From Octopus bimaculoides (taxonomy: Eukaryota), in assembly GCF_001194135.2 (NCBI RefSeq), contig NC_068993.1, positions 53,154,552-53,218,551 on the forward strand: a stretch of 64,000 nucleotides of DNA, read 5' to 3'. Both the position numbers and the translations under genes were made by a program. The notes under the pieces are model-generated. The model was given only the letters and a program-made list of their open reading frames with translations, was not told the DNA's origin and did no database searches. The first letter of the stretch is position 1; each line of letters starts with the position of its first letter. This document shows positions 1 to 13,268 of the stretch, in pieces.

Positions 1-344
1 ATCTTATAGAGTTACTACCTACTCCTTTTCTACATACTGAGCAGGGCCATCTACCTGAAGGGGTTTGTGTTTTATCTACCTTCCTACTTATTAGGATTTT
101 GGTTTTAGCTAGGTTGACTCTAAGGCCCTTCAATTCTAGACCTTGCTTCCACACCTGAAACTTCTCCTCTAGTTCTGATAGTGACTCCGCAATTAGGGCA
201 AGGTCATCAGCATAGAGGAGCTCCCAGGGGCAGCCTGTCTTGAACTCCTCTGTGATTGCCTGGAGGACTATGGTAAATAATAGGGGGCTGAGGACGGAAC
301 CTTGGTGGACCCCTACCTCTACCCGGAATTCATTGCTGTACTCA
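1..344 (-). mobile_element. RTE-clade LINE fragment (reverse transcriptase core), continues past the window edge; lies in a PCF11 intron
   Basis: Reverse complement translates without stops: EYSNEFRVEVGVHQGSVLSPLLFTIVLQAITEEFKTGCPWELLYADDLALIAES...GLRVNLAKTK...RWPCSVCRKGVGSNSIR. QGSVLSP and YADD are non-LTR RT motifs. It is absent from the ORF track because it has no start codon. Confidence 0.92.
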
Positions 345-566
345 TTTCCAGCTTAATAATGACAGTTCAATCATTAAATTCTTCATTTATTTTCAAAATT
401 AAATAAAACAAAAGCAGTATATTTCAACAGATATATGGTAACAAATGGTTATGATATATATTTACTATTGTCTTCGAAATTTGTTTCATTTTACATTTTT
501 GGTTTCAAATATATTGTAATACATTGCTTTTTTTTTTTTTTTTTTTTCCCCCACCTTTTCTTATAG

Positions 567-2077
567 GTCTGTGATATTTGTAGTGATCCCTTTGAACAGT
601 TTTGGAATGAAGATGAAGAAGAATGGCATTTAAGAAATGCTATACGTGTGGAAGGAAAGGTGTGTTAAATTATTATTTCAAAATGGTACCCTCTGTTAAT
701 AGTTTGACAAATAGGTTATTCATTTTGATGCAAGTGTATAATTTGAATGATGTTCCAAATACTAATGATTTAATGATGAAATTTCAATGTTACATATTTC
801 CAGTTGTTACTTGTGGACTAATTAACATCAAGATTTCACCTACCATCTTGATTACTTTCCTATGCAATTTTAAATTTATTCACATCATTTTGTTACAAAA
901 TACATTAACTTATTGTCAAGTGGGCCCATTTAAAACAGACCTGTTATCTTTGCTTTACAGCATGATTTTTTTTAATTGTCACAATTGCTTTTTATGTATT
1001 TAACAGACTTACCATCCTGTTTGCTATGAAGATGTAAAAGAGGTAATTTTCTGGATTTTCTTTTTTACTTCTTTGATTATATTAATGGATAAGGTTTCTG
1101 ATTGATTTCTGAAATATGTAGTTTTAATGTGTAACATAATGGAATATACAAAAAAACAGTTTTTGTCAAGTTTGACTTAATAAACGGTATCGGTGACTAT
1201 TGTTTCATTGGTATCGATGGCTGTTGTTTCATTGGTTTAAAGATCTATATGTTAAATAAAAATGTCTCGTTTATGTTTGTAGTACAGTTGGTGAAAAAGT
1301 TACTGATCCTAAATAGTAGTCATTCTGCATTTGAAGGTACAAGAAATATCCAGATGCCTCGCTCACACTGGACAGAAATTAAATATTTCAAATTGTTTCA
1401 GTCAATGTTAAAGAGTCTCTCTGTTCTGTATCTTAATTTCGTAGGGGAGCTCTTTCTTAGATACAAAATTACATTTAAATCTGCATTTAATACTTCTAAA
1501 ATACCAATACATTTTTAACTTTTAAAATGTTTTTTTATTAAAGTTCAACTATAATAAGAATGCTATTTCTAACATAAGTAACATGTTTGCTGTAGTGGAG
1601 ATCATAGTGTCATCTAAATAGAATAAAATGGTGTGATTTTAAGGTTTCTTCAAAACAGCTGTATAATGTGGAATGTTAAATTTGTTTGTTTTTATTCAAC
1701 TAGAAGTATTGTACATAAAATATATTGACTGTTTTTTTCAGAATATTGAACAAACATCAGCAGATGTCTCCTTAGATACACCAGAAAAAAATCCTCTTGA
1801 TGAACAAATTTCCAGCTCTGCACCAAAAACCAATGCTGCTACAGCTGAAAGTACAACAAGTGAAACACCATCATCCACTACAGTAACTGCTGCGACTACT
1901 TCAGGAAAGGCTGAAGATTCAAGTGAAATTTCTGCAGAGTCAACGACAGCTTTAGTAGAAGTTACAACAGCTGTGGTATCTAGTACTAATACAGCTACCA
2001 CATTGGATTCTAACATCACAGCTCAACCTATCACCACAATTGTTAGTTCTTCTGGGTTAAAACAATCCAGTCTGTAA
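567..2077 (+). CDS. PCF11: PCF11 cleavage/polyadenylation factor, last three coding exons: 567-659, 1007-1042, 1742-2077 (5' part lies outside the window)
   Basis: All exons have AG/GT boundaries and are phase 0. The splice reads VCDICSDPFEQFWNEDEEEWHLRNAIRVEGK|TYHPVCYEDVKE|NIEQTSADVSLDTPEKNPL...QSSL*. This matches the PCF11 C-terminal C2HC zinc finger (human CEICQEQFEQYWDEEEEEWHLKNAIRVDGKIYHPSCYEDY, from memory). Confidence 0.93.
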
Positions 2078-2454
2078 GAACAGTTTCCTTTAGTGACATA
2101 AGAACATTTCTGATGCCTACACCATTATTTCTCTGCTGGCAAGAAATACCTTCATAAGAATGATGCATCAATGCTATTTAATTCATCTCTCAAGGACAAT
2201 GCTGTTTGTTACCTACTGTTTAAAAACCATATACCCCATTTAAAGTCATCTTTTTTCTTCATCTTCCCTCTTGGAGTAAGAGGTGAGAAAATTGTATGGT
2301 TGTTAAGTGTTTACTTCTGTTTTCTGGCCAATGTATAAATATGAGTTGCTTATTTATGTCAAGGCCAATGTGATACATGTTACTGTGATGAATATTCCAA
2401 GGAAAGGGCTGTGATACATATTTCTTCCATGGCAGCAGTGTAAACGGGTAAATT

Positions 2455-2500
2455 AATAAAACCAATTACAAAAGAAAAGGAATCCTTGTTTGTTTGTTTA
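2455..2500 (+). terminator. Candidate PCF11 poly(A) signal
   Basis: AATAAA at 2455-2460, about 380 nt after the stop. A (TTGT)n GU-rich tract follows at about 2486-2500 and TGTA motifs lie upstream. No transcript evidence. Confidence 0.4.
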
Positions 2501-2741
2501 TACCAGTGTTTCTTAAACCATGGTGTTATTACATAAACATGCGCGCACACACACAGAGATGTATGTATCTATGAAAGAGTAATGTGAAATGAGGATTCAG
2601 AATATGCAGCTACAACAGTAAGCTCTCCACTTGGAATTGGCTACCAGTTTAAACGTGTGTATATATCACATGCATGCATAAACTCTAATCTCAACAATGT
2701 GAAGTGTAATTTGGTAAATTGACTGTGTGCTTTCTGTTATG

Positions 2742-2951
2742 TACGAGGGGGTGCTGAAAAGTTCCTGGCTTTGGGTAAAGGAACATACAGGAGGGTCAGT
2801 TAATTAAGATTTTATTCATATTTTCCTCTCAGATTCACACATGTAATTGTTTGTGGGCCCTCAGTTTTTCTAAGCCCTGTAAAAGGACTCAAAAGGTTGG
2901 GTCTATAACCAGGCCTTTCGCAGTACCCTTAAAGCCAAGAACTTTCAGTGC
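2742..2951. mobile_element. Mariner-type MITE, right end eroded
   Basis: Left end TACGAGGGGGTGCTGAAAAGTTCCTGGCTTT pairs with right-end AAAGCCAAGAACTTTCAGTG. TA-CGAGGG is a typical mariner terminus. Confidence 0.6.
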
Positions 2952-3020
2952 TATTAATGGTTGCCAATGTTTTAGGGAACATATATTTTCATGAGTATCC
3001 ATACTTATATAAATATATTT

Positions 3021-3272
3021 GTGAGTGGATTTGGTAGACAGGAACTGAAAGAAGCCTGTCAAGTGTGTGTGTGTCCTTGTTTTGACATCACATGATAGTC
3101 AAAAACAAGCATTGCTGTCATACAGGTGGTGTGATTTGTTTCCAATCTGTGAGAAAATGTGGCTGGCTGTGCTTGGAAATATGTGGGGGTTGACAGAACA
3201 GCATTTGGTTGTAGAAAATCCAACTCGGAGAATTTCATATGACCTATGCAAGCATGGAAATGCATGTTTAAA
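3021..3272 (+). mobile_element. SINE family A, partial copy
   Basis: Head remnant GTGAGTGGATTTGGTAGACAGGAACTGAAAGAAGCC, then (GT)n, body and tail ...GCAAGCATGGAAATGCATGTTTAAA. Homologous copies at about 3841-3968(+), 6891-7040(-), 8035-8160(-), 11095-11240(-), 20780-21185(-), 43640-43990(-) and 53030-53450(+). Confidence 0.7.
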
Positions 3273-4347
3273 CTATATATATATCGCTACAATTTCACAG
3301 ATTTTAGTTAGCAAGTTTTGGTTACACTTGAGCACCATTTGTGAAAGGTTCTTTGAAATGAAAGCCTAATAAATACATGTAATGATGATTTACCCACTGA
3401 TTTATTATTCTTGTAAGTTACGAAACGTGTTATACATCTATTACCACCAGTAACTCTAGAACAGCATGTTCTTCAGAGACAACCATTATGTAGGGCAGTC
3501 TCAAGATACCAACAATCAAATTAACATAGGGAATTTCAGTCAAGTTTAGCTTCATGATTATTGTTACAATTTTTGTTTGACAGCAAATGTATTCATTGGT
3601 TTGTAAATTGGGAATGTTATACAGCATGCTTAAGTAACTTGGACATCAACATAAACATATAAATATATAATTGAAAATTGCTTTAGTATTGGTGGGAACT
3701 ACAAGATACTCTGTATATAAAGTGGAGAGTAAATTTAACTATGTGACTCATACAAGGCTAGTATTCCTTGGGAATGCCTCAATGTATTTATTTAACCTAT
3801 GCCAGCTTTAAAAATTAAACATATAAATGAACAAACCAGACATGGTTAAGAAGTTTGCTTTGCATCCACATGGATTCAGGTTCAGCCCCACGGCATGGCA
3901 AGTCATCTATAGCTCCAGGTCAACCAAATGCCTTGTGAGTGAATTTGGTATATAGAAACTGAAAAGCTCATTATATATGTCTGCATTTGTTCTCCACATC
4001 AGTTAACATGATTGTAACTCAGTGGTTTAGCAAACATTTCCATCTTCCTTTTAGACCAGGTATCTCTGAAACTACACAAACTATATGAAACAACCACTTT
4101 TTTTTTTTTCACCAACTATTAAATTCAACCTTTTCTTGTGATGAACTCATATGTAGTAACTGTTAGTGCAGCAAAGACTAAAATTGTCTACTAATCCTGT
4201 ATAATGAAGTTAATAATCTCCCTTACGATAAATTGGAGTCTAATGACAATAACAGATCGATATAAAGCCACAAATGTCAAATCTAACTTAACACTATTAT
4301 TATAAAAATGTAAATATCTTAATACCTCACATTTTTTTTAAAACGTG

Positions 4348-4382
<35 letters not shown>

Positions 4383-4496
4383 ACATGTGTATATAATACC
4401 TAATTTCAAATTGAAAATTTTAATCCTGCCAAATTACAAGAAATGATTATTTCCCTTGTAAAACTGTCCACTAGGGGGAAACACTTGTATGTGTGC

Positions 4497-4545
<49 letters not shown>

Positions 4546-6344
4546 GACAGACAAATATGGTTAAACCACTCTGTAACATTATAGATTTTGTTAGGACAAA
4601 ACTCTAAAGGAGGAAGCTCAAAAAAGAAATCACCATATGGCAACAGTAAGGATGAAATGCTTGGTATACCACTCAGCTTTCAAACAATCACAGCTGAGAC
4701 AACAGCTTGAACCTGCTTTTGCTGGTGAGAAATGGTTACATCTCCAAGTCTAAATGGGACACACCTAACTTGTTTGGACAGTGGTAGTTAAATAACTAAA
4801 ATAATAGTCATGATCGTTAGCAATTTGAGTAGTTTTTGGCATGGTCTCTATGGTTGAATGTTTTTCCTATCACCAAACACCAAGCAGAGTGCACTGGATG
4901 CATTTTATTTTGACACTAGCTCTAGAACTGTTGTCTTGTGTCCTGAGAAGCCTTAACCCTGTAGTATTCATATTACTCTGTCAAATGTAATGTTTATTTA
5001 ATCACATTATTTGGAATGAATCTTGCATTATCCTGTAGTTAAAAGGCTCTTTCTTTAGTATGAACAGACAGGGTTTTCCTTCATTGCCACTACCACATCA
5101 GCATGAAAGCCAAACTCTCATTCTAACCAGCAATAGTGACAATTCTTGCTATGTCCAGCTCTTTACCTGTGACATTCACACACATGTACTCAATTGTTCC
5201 TACACACAATTAAATAATGCATTTCTACTGCATGCACACACACACACACAATAATTCATTCTACAAGCACAAAAATTAACTCAGGATTTGGCTTATTTAT
5301 TGTAAAGATATTTTTAACTCCACATCTCTGTTAATATTTTACCTGAACATTTCTCATTGACAAATAAAATGTATATAAAAAAACTCAAACTCAGCTCTGT
5401 TCTTTTTATTAAGCCTATCCATTTGCCTACATTGCATTGCGCTCACACTTCAAATAAGAACTGAGTGAAACTGATTATCTATCCAACCCATGCCAGTACG
5501 AAAAACATGTAAATTGATAATGATGAAAGATTGGTACCCTCTCTAATATTGTGTCTAAATAGTATTAAAAACCACTGTATATAAGGATTGCCCCCATTTA
5601 AGCTCATATGATCAACGGAGACACAACAATCTGGTATAGATTTTTATTATAAACAATACATTGGTTAGCAATAAATGACTTCAAAATAAGAACTAGACAG
5701 ACCCAGAAACATAATATAGTCTGGAGAAGGAAGACATAGAAGATGAAAGAGCTGTCAACCTAATGTAGCTTCAGAGATGTTCTAGTTGAAACATGTCAGG
5801 TTATGTACAACTTAACTTGTAAGTGGAGTTTTAAGAGCCCTGTTGTGACACAGGTCTTGGGCATTTTAGATCTGGTGGACCCCAACCCTCTCCAGGTTTG
5901 ACTATAGTTGGTTTCTTTCGGAAGAACAGAAAGAGACAAATCAACCTTGTTACATGACTGGTACTTTATTTATTGACCCCCCAAAAGAATAAAAGGTAAA
6001 TTTGAGCTTGGAGAGTTGGAAAAGCTACTGCCAAATAGTCCATTCAACACATTAATTGCAAGTTAACAGGGCACAAAAATTATTATATATATATGTGTGT
6101 ATATATATACATATATATATATGAAAATATACGTTGAGTCAAAAGAGACCATAAGTCAGGGAAAAGATATATATATATATATCATGATCATCATTGTTTA
6201 ACGTCCGCTAATCAACGGCAGTATTCATCCTATTTTTTGGACTGCCATGTTGGCTTGGCGATAACTATTAATATCCAGTACCGCTGCCGTAGTCTATTTG
6301 AGAGAGACTTAGAAATATTAATATTTATGTATATATATATATAC

Positions 6345-6775
6345 ACATACCAGTGGAGCGCTAAGAGCACCGTTCGAGCGTGATCATTGCCAGAGCAGCT
6401 GTCTGGCTTCCGTGCCAGTGGCACATAAATAGTACCACTTGAGTGTGATCGTTACCAGCGTCGCCTTCCTGGCACGTGAAAAGACATTCAAGCGAGATCG
6501 TTGCCAATGCCGCAGGACTGGCTCCTGTGCAGGTGGCATGTAAAATACACCATTTTGAGCATGGCCGTTGCCAGTACTGCCTGACTGGCATGTAAAAGCA
6601 CCCACTACACTCTCGGAGTGGTTGGCATTAGGAAGGGCATCCAGCTGTAGAAACTCTGCCAGATCAGATTGGAGCCTGGTGCAGCCATCTGGCTTACTAG
6701 TCCCCAGTCAAATCGTCCAACCCATGCTAGCATGGAAAGCAGACGTTAAACGATGATGATGATGATGATGATAAT
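6345..6775 (+). mobile_element. CpG-rich retroposon 3' module: about 65-bp internal subrepeats plus shared tail ending in (GAT)n
   Basis: Recurring GTGGCATGTAAAA...CACC...GAGCGTG..CGTTGCCAG units, then AGGAAGGGCATCCAGCTGTAGAAACTCTGCCAGATCAGATTGGAG...GACGTTAAACGATGATGATG. A close reverse-complement copy lies at 31464-31990. Confidence 0.75.
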
Positions 6776-8271
6776 GATATATACACATGTATGTATATAG
6801 GAATGGATGGCTAGATGGATGCATGCATGTATGCATGTATATGTGCATGTCTAAATACACACACACACACACATGCAAATACACATGACAGGCTTCCACA
6901 CAGTTTCCATTTACCAAATTTACTCAGAAGGCATTGGTAAGCCCAGGGCCATAACAGAAGACACTTTCCTTAAGTGCCAAGCAGTAGGACTGGACTAAAG
7001 ACCACATGGCTGCAAAGCAAATTCCTTACCTACACAACCTTGTCTCCAAAATAAATAAAAAAATCAATAAAGCTTAACAAGAATATAAATGTGTGGTATG
7101 TTGGTGTACTTGAGGAGAATAAATATCTAATAACATTTTGGGAAAGGTTATTCATCAGAAAAGAATGAGAACAGACGAAAGTAGTCTTTAAATGGATATA
7201 AATAGAGAGAAAAGGAGTGTGAACTAAAAGAAGAAATGATCAGATAGACAGGTGAAAGTAAACAAGTAGAAATGAAGTTGAAGTTGTCTGCGACTTATAA
7301 ACTAATTATGACTGATGTTGATCATTTAAATAATACTTGTTTTGTAAATATAACAAGTATTAATTGTTCCCATATAAATTATTATAAAAATGATATTGAC
7401 ATTAATATTGTCTAACATGATGATGATATATATATGTTTCGGGCCTTGTGCCTAGAGTAGAAAAGGATATTGCAAAGGGAGTGTGAGTAAGTGGCAAAAG
7501 ACGTGGGTATATAAAGAGTTGGAAGGGCTACCGGATAGCAATGATACAGAGGAACGGAGGTGTGATGAGAGGATTGGGGAGTGAGAGATAGGCATAGTGA
7601 ATGAAGGAGGAAATGTGAGAAACAGAAGAGATGTAGATTGGTTTGTTGGGGTGGGGTGAGGGAAAAGTTTTCTTGTTACAAGTGGATGGAACACCAAGGT
7701 CAGGGGTTAGCAGATGGCAATAATAGAGCGAGACAAAGCATTTGGGTAGAATGTACATATCGNNNNNNNNNNNNNNNNNNNNNNNNNNNNNNNNNNNNNN
7801 NNNNNNNNNNNNNNNNNNGGGGGGGGGGGGGAGCAGAGAGCAATGATACAATAGCACTGGGCGGCCCTTTTGAAACCACTACCCCCAACATCTAACCCCC
7901 TTCGTTGGGAGCCCATCCAGCAAGGAAAATAGAACGCCCAAAAGGGCTGCCGATCCTCTGTGTCAGAAGAGGTTATGTTTGGATCACAACTAAGCATCAA
8001 CCTAAGCCTAAGCTAACCTAGAGAAAGGGGGCTCTACCAAATCCACTCACAAGGCTTTGGTCAGTTCGAGGCTACAGTAGAAGACACTTGCCCAAGGTGC
8101 CATACAGTGGGACTGGACTTGGAACCATGTGGTTGGAAAGCAAACTACTTACCACACAGCTGTTTCTGCGCTTATATATATGTATGTATACATATACATA
8201 CATATATGACATATATGTATATGTATATATGTATATATATGATATATGATATATATGTATGTATGCTTATG

Positions 8272-8339
<68 letters not shown>

Positions 8340-10332
8340 AATGTCCTGCATTTGAAAAGCTCCATTCTATTTCAGTTGTGCAAGAGAAAGGTCATTTGAA
8401 GTTATTCTGAATGTCAGATGAATTTCATTTTAGGAGTGAAAGTTTAGTGGTGATAGCAGCGGTGGGGATGTATCATTAGCTGGTAGTGGAAAGAGACATT
8501 TGAGAGGAGAGTTCATAGTAACTATGGATGATAACAGGAAAAATAGTTCTTGAAATCTCTGCTCAGTTGTTAGTAAGTTTGAGTGTCACAAAAGAAAGGT
8601 GTCAATGCTGTTATCAAAGCGAGAATTGAAGCTTTAAATCTAATTCTGTTGATCAATTCATCAATATGCTTAATTTAATAAAATAAGATGCATCACATGT
8701 GCAGTATACTTTTGTTGGCGAAACTGAAATACACATAAAACACCATCAGTTGGAATTGTCACCTATTTTTCTTTAGAGAGTTGTAACTTTTTACAATCAA
8801 ATTCTGTTCTAGTAAGGTTTGTTAGTTATGTACAGAACAGGCTTTGCCCTAGTAAAGTTGTTTGCAGTGTTCTGTAAATGATTTTGGGCATAAGGCCTCG
8901 ATGTGCAATTATCAGCAGAAATGAGAACTGTATATGTGCTTTTAGAAAATGTTGTCTTTCCTGAATCTTTACTACAGAGGCATCATGATCTATATATCCA
9001 TATATATTAAATTATTTATCTATTGTGTATGTGTGTGTGTATAATTTCTGTTGTTCTTTCACTTTAAATTTTGAGTTCCTTTACCCTTAATCCCTACCAC
9101 TCTCTTGTGAGTTTCATTTAATTTCAAGAAGAATTAGCTCATTAACAATTATTCCTCACATGCCTTTTGTTCATTTCTGACTGTATACAGTATCAGCTTC
9201 TCATTTTATGGCTTCTTAAGTTACATAATTAAGTCCCAGTATTATTAATTACATTTCTTTTTCTTTCATTAACTTATAGCAGTCAAGGAGGCGCTCATTC
9301 CAAGCCAACATAGAATGCTTTCAATTTCATTGCACATTGTCTCATTTCAACCATTCAAGCAGGAAGCATTATCTACTCCCTACTTTTTCAACTCAACATA
9401 TTTAATTAACTTATTAACTAGCTAATAATTAAACTATTTCTTAACTTAATACTTCTTAACTAAAATTTAATCTTAATTTTTTTCTAATTTAACTTTATTG
9501 ACCCCAGAATGATGAAAGTCAAAGTTAACTCCTGTGGGATTTGAACTTAGAATGTAAAGAGCAGAACAAATACTGCAAATAACTGTGTCTGATGTTGTAA
9601 TAATTCTTCCAATAATCCACTACCCTCCATTGCAGTAGTAATTGTAGCTGTTGTTGTAATTGGCATAAAATCAGCAATTTTTTAAGGAACTGGGAAGTTG
9701 ATTACATCAACCTCAGTGTTCCACTGGTACTAATTTTATCAACCTGGTATTTGAACTCAGAATGTAATGAGCCATACGAAATGCTACTAAGCAGTGTATC
9801 TGATGTGCTTACTAATGGTTCTGCCAATAATCCATTATAACAATAAAAATGATGATGATAATGATTATGATACAGTAAACAAACAAATGACATTTAGCAA
9901 GCAGAACTAATGGGCTAGTCAACTGTTTTAACTAACATATTGGATATCAACAGAGACCATTTATCCGAAGCTGTAACATGTCACAGCTTGAATGGTTATC
10001 TTTTTTCTGATCTGCCAGAATAATTGACCCTGTGTTTCAGAGGACTGTAGCTGGTGTAGGAGTGTAAAAAATATCTATTAATAAATACTATGTTGCACCA
10101 ATGTCATAATTACAAATGTTTCCTGATCTCATCTACATGAAATTCACAACAAACGGTCAACCCTCTGCTAATATCTGAATTATATAGTTATGTTGAAGCC
10201 AACATTGTTATTGTAATGTATACACAGGCATGGCTATGTGGCTAAGAGGCTTGCTTTGCAACCATGTTGTTTCAGGTTCAGTTCCATTTGGCTAAATATC
10301 TTTTACTATGGCTGTACATCATCCACTGCCTT

Positions 10333-10860
10333 CATGACCATCCTTTAATGTCCATTTTCCATGCTGGTATGGGCTGGATGGTTTGACTGGAGCTGGTTAG
10401 CTGCACTAAGTTCCAGTCTGATTTGGCTTGGTTTCTATGGTTGGATGCCCTTCCTAATGCCAACCACTTTACACTGTGTGCTTGGTATTTTTAGTGTGGC
10501 ACCACATGAGCACTACCATATGGCACTGGAACAAGTGCTTTTTACATGGCACCAGCACACAACTCTTGCAGGCCAATCCTTTTCACAAGGGGGAGAGGCC
10601 TTAACACTTCTGCTGTGAAGGATGAGTCTTCTGGAGTAAAGCAAAGTGCTGGGTATTTTGGTCCTTTGTCATCTCGTCTGAAAGGTTCAGCATCCTGAGG
10701 TCGGCCTTCAGCACCTTGTCCAACATCTTCCTGGGTCTCTCCCTTCAACATGTTCCATCCACTTTGAGAGATTGGCACTTCTTTATGGAGCTGTCGGCAT
10801 CCATCCGTACCACACGACCAAACCAGTGCAGTCTTCTCTCTTGCACACTGCATGTGAAAG
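10333..10860 (-). mobile_element. 5'-truncated RTE LINE 3' end (ORF C-terminus plus 3' tail)
   Basis: The minus strand gives VQERRLHWFGRVVRMDADSSIKKCQSLKVDGTC*RERPRKMLDKVLKADL, matching the RTE RLRWxGHVxRM...GRPRKTW motif. It runs into the same tail found on the dispersed SINE copies. Confidence 0.8.
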
Positions 10861-11529
10861 TTCATCATCACTATCATTTAATGCCCACTTTTCCAAGCTC
10901 ACAGAGGTCAAACAGAATTTGCTGGGGAAGATTTTCCTATGACTAGGTGTTCTTTCTGTCACCAACCAGGGTAATATTTCCCCAAGCTCAGAAGTGTTTT
11001 TCATGGAAGATTGTAAATGAACATTGCTTCTATGATGGTGATACAACCATTACATGATGTCAAGACAAAGTTACACACACACGTACATATTGAGTTTCTT
11101 TTAGTTTCTGTCTACCAAATCTGCTTTTGTTGGTCCAGAGCTACAGAAAAGGATGCTTGCCTAATATGTGGTTCACAATAGGACTGAACCGGAGACCATA
11201 TTGTTGGGTAGCAAACTTTTTAAACACACACCCATACCTGCACTTATTTTTTATCTTGTAGTACTTGTTTCAGCCATTAAACAATGGCCATGCTAGGACA
11301 CCACCTTGAAGAATTTTTAGTGAAACGAATTGCCCCAGTACTTATTCCAACACTTTTACCAAACCTCTAAGTTATGGAGACACAAATACAGACACAAAAA
11401 GACACACACACACTGGTAGAAATAATGCAAAGCAAATTTTCTGACACTCTAATGATTCTGCTAACCCAACATCTAAATGGTTTTGATCTAGGCAGGTCAG
11501 CAGTTTTGAAGAGAAGGGATTAATTGAAT

Positions 11530-11700
11530 ATATTGCCCCCCCCCCCCTACTCCCTAGCATGTGACTGGTACATTATTTTATTGACTCTGAAAAGATGAAA
11601 GTTAAATTGACCTTGGTAGGATTTGAACTCAGAAAGTAAAGAACTGGAAGAAATACCACAAAGTATTTACTCTGATGCTTTACTGATTCTGCCACTTCAC
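11530..11700 (-). mobile_element. SINE family B (tRNA-like head with B-box and a conserved central domain)
   Basis: The minus strand reads ...TTCTGAGTTCAAATCCTACCAAGGTCAATTTAACTTTCATCTTTTCAGAGTCAATAAAATAATGTACCAG. Homologous copies at about 5935-6060(-), 9490-9625(-), 21255-21310(-), 41885-42055(+) and 63805-63930(+). Confidence 0.65.
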
Positions 11701-13216
11701 CAAAAGAGAATAAAGAAAGTAAAGAAAGATGTTAAAACAGTTAATAATCATTCTTGTATATAAATGTTTATTTTTGTAATATTTTCACATACATATATAC
11801 GGGGTTGAAAATCATTGACATAAANNNNNNNNNNNNNNNNNNNNNNNNNNNNNNNNNNNNNNNNNNNNNNNNNNNNNNNNNNNNNNNNNNNNNNNNNNNN
11901 NNNNNNNNNNNNNNNNNNNNNNNNNNNNNNNNNNNNNNNNNNNNNNNNNNNNNNNNNNNNNNNNNNNNNNNNNNNNNNNNNNNNNNNNNNNNNNNNNNNN
12001 NNNNNNNNNNNNNNNNNNNNNNNNNNNNNNNNNNNNNNNNNNNNNNNNNNNNNNNNNNNNNNNNNNNNNNNNNNNNNNNNNNNNNNNNNNNNNNNNNNNN
12101 NNNNNNNNNNNNNNNNNNNNNNNNNNNNNNNNNNNNNNNNNNNNNNNNNNNNNNNNNNNNNNNNNNNNNNNNNNNNNNNNNNNNNNNNNNNNNNNNNNNN
12201 NNNNNNNNNNNNNNNNNNNNNNNNNNNNNNNNNNNNNNNNNNNNNNNNNNNNNNNNNNNNNNNNNNNNNNNNNNNNNNNNNNNNNNNNNNNNNNTATATA
12301 TATATATATATTATACATACACTCACAGGTTTGTGACCTTGTGATTGAGTGTTGGGGCGCACATTCATGGGTTGCGTAGTGCATTGTATCTTTGAGCAAG
12401 GCACTTCATTTCACATTGTCCCAGTCTACCCCTCAGCTAAAATATGTATCAGCTGAGTACTGGTGTAACCTTCTCTGCTAATGGATGTCTAGTTTTGTCC
12501 ATGGTAGGAGGGTTGACAAAATGTCTATGTCTGCTCAAGACTACAGATACACCTAAAAGCATTGTACATGCTGCCAAGTCATACTCACTTGCAAGTGATG
12601 GCTATGATTTATAATATATATATATATATANNNNNNNNNNNNNNNNNNNNNNNNNNNNNNNNNNNNNNNNNNNNNNNNNNNNNNNNNNNNNNNNNNNNNN
12701 NNNNNNNNNNNNNNNNNNNNNNNNNNNNNNNNNNNNNNNNNNNNNNNNNNNNNNNNNNNNNNNNNNNNNNNNNNNNNNNNNNNNNNNNNNNNNNNNNNNN
12801 NNNNNNNNNNNNNNNNNNNNNNNNNNNNNNNNNNNNNNNNNNNNNNNNNNNNNNNNNNNNNNNNNNNNNNNNNNNNNNNNNNNNNNNNNNNNNNNNNNNN
12901 NNNNNNNNNNNNNNNNNNNNNNNNNNNNNNNNNNNNNNNNNNNNNNNNNNNNNNNNNNNNNNNNNNNNNNNNNNNNNNNNNNNNNNNNNNNNNNNNNNNN
13001 NNNNNNNNNNNNNNNNNNNNNNNNNNNNNNNNNNNNNNNNNNNNNNNNNNNNNNNNNNNNNNNNNNNNNNNNNNNNNNNNNNNNNNNNNNNNNNNNNNNN
13101 NNNNNNNNNNNNNNNNNNNNNNNNNNNNNNNNNNNNNNNNNNNNNNNNNNNNNNNNNNNNNNNNNNNNNNNNNNNNNNNNNNNNNNNNNNNNNNNNNNNN
13201 NNNNNNNNNNNNNNNN

Positions 13217-13268
<52 letters not shown>

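Noticed and set aside
1738-2019. 93-aa minus-strand ORF
   Set aside because: Antisense shadow of the low-complexity last exon of PCF11.
3841-3968. tRNA-like A/B-box sequences in SINE heads
   Set aside because: No cloverleaf or anticodon arm can be built; they are multi-copy, diverged SINE heads rather than tRNA genes.
6345-6600. Regularly spaced GC-rich repeats superficially like a CRISPR array
   Set aside because: The units are degenerate tandem subrepeats without unique spacers, occur again as a block at 31714-31990, and have no cas genes nearby; the context is eukaryotic.
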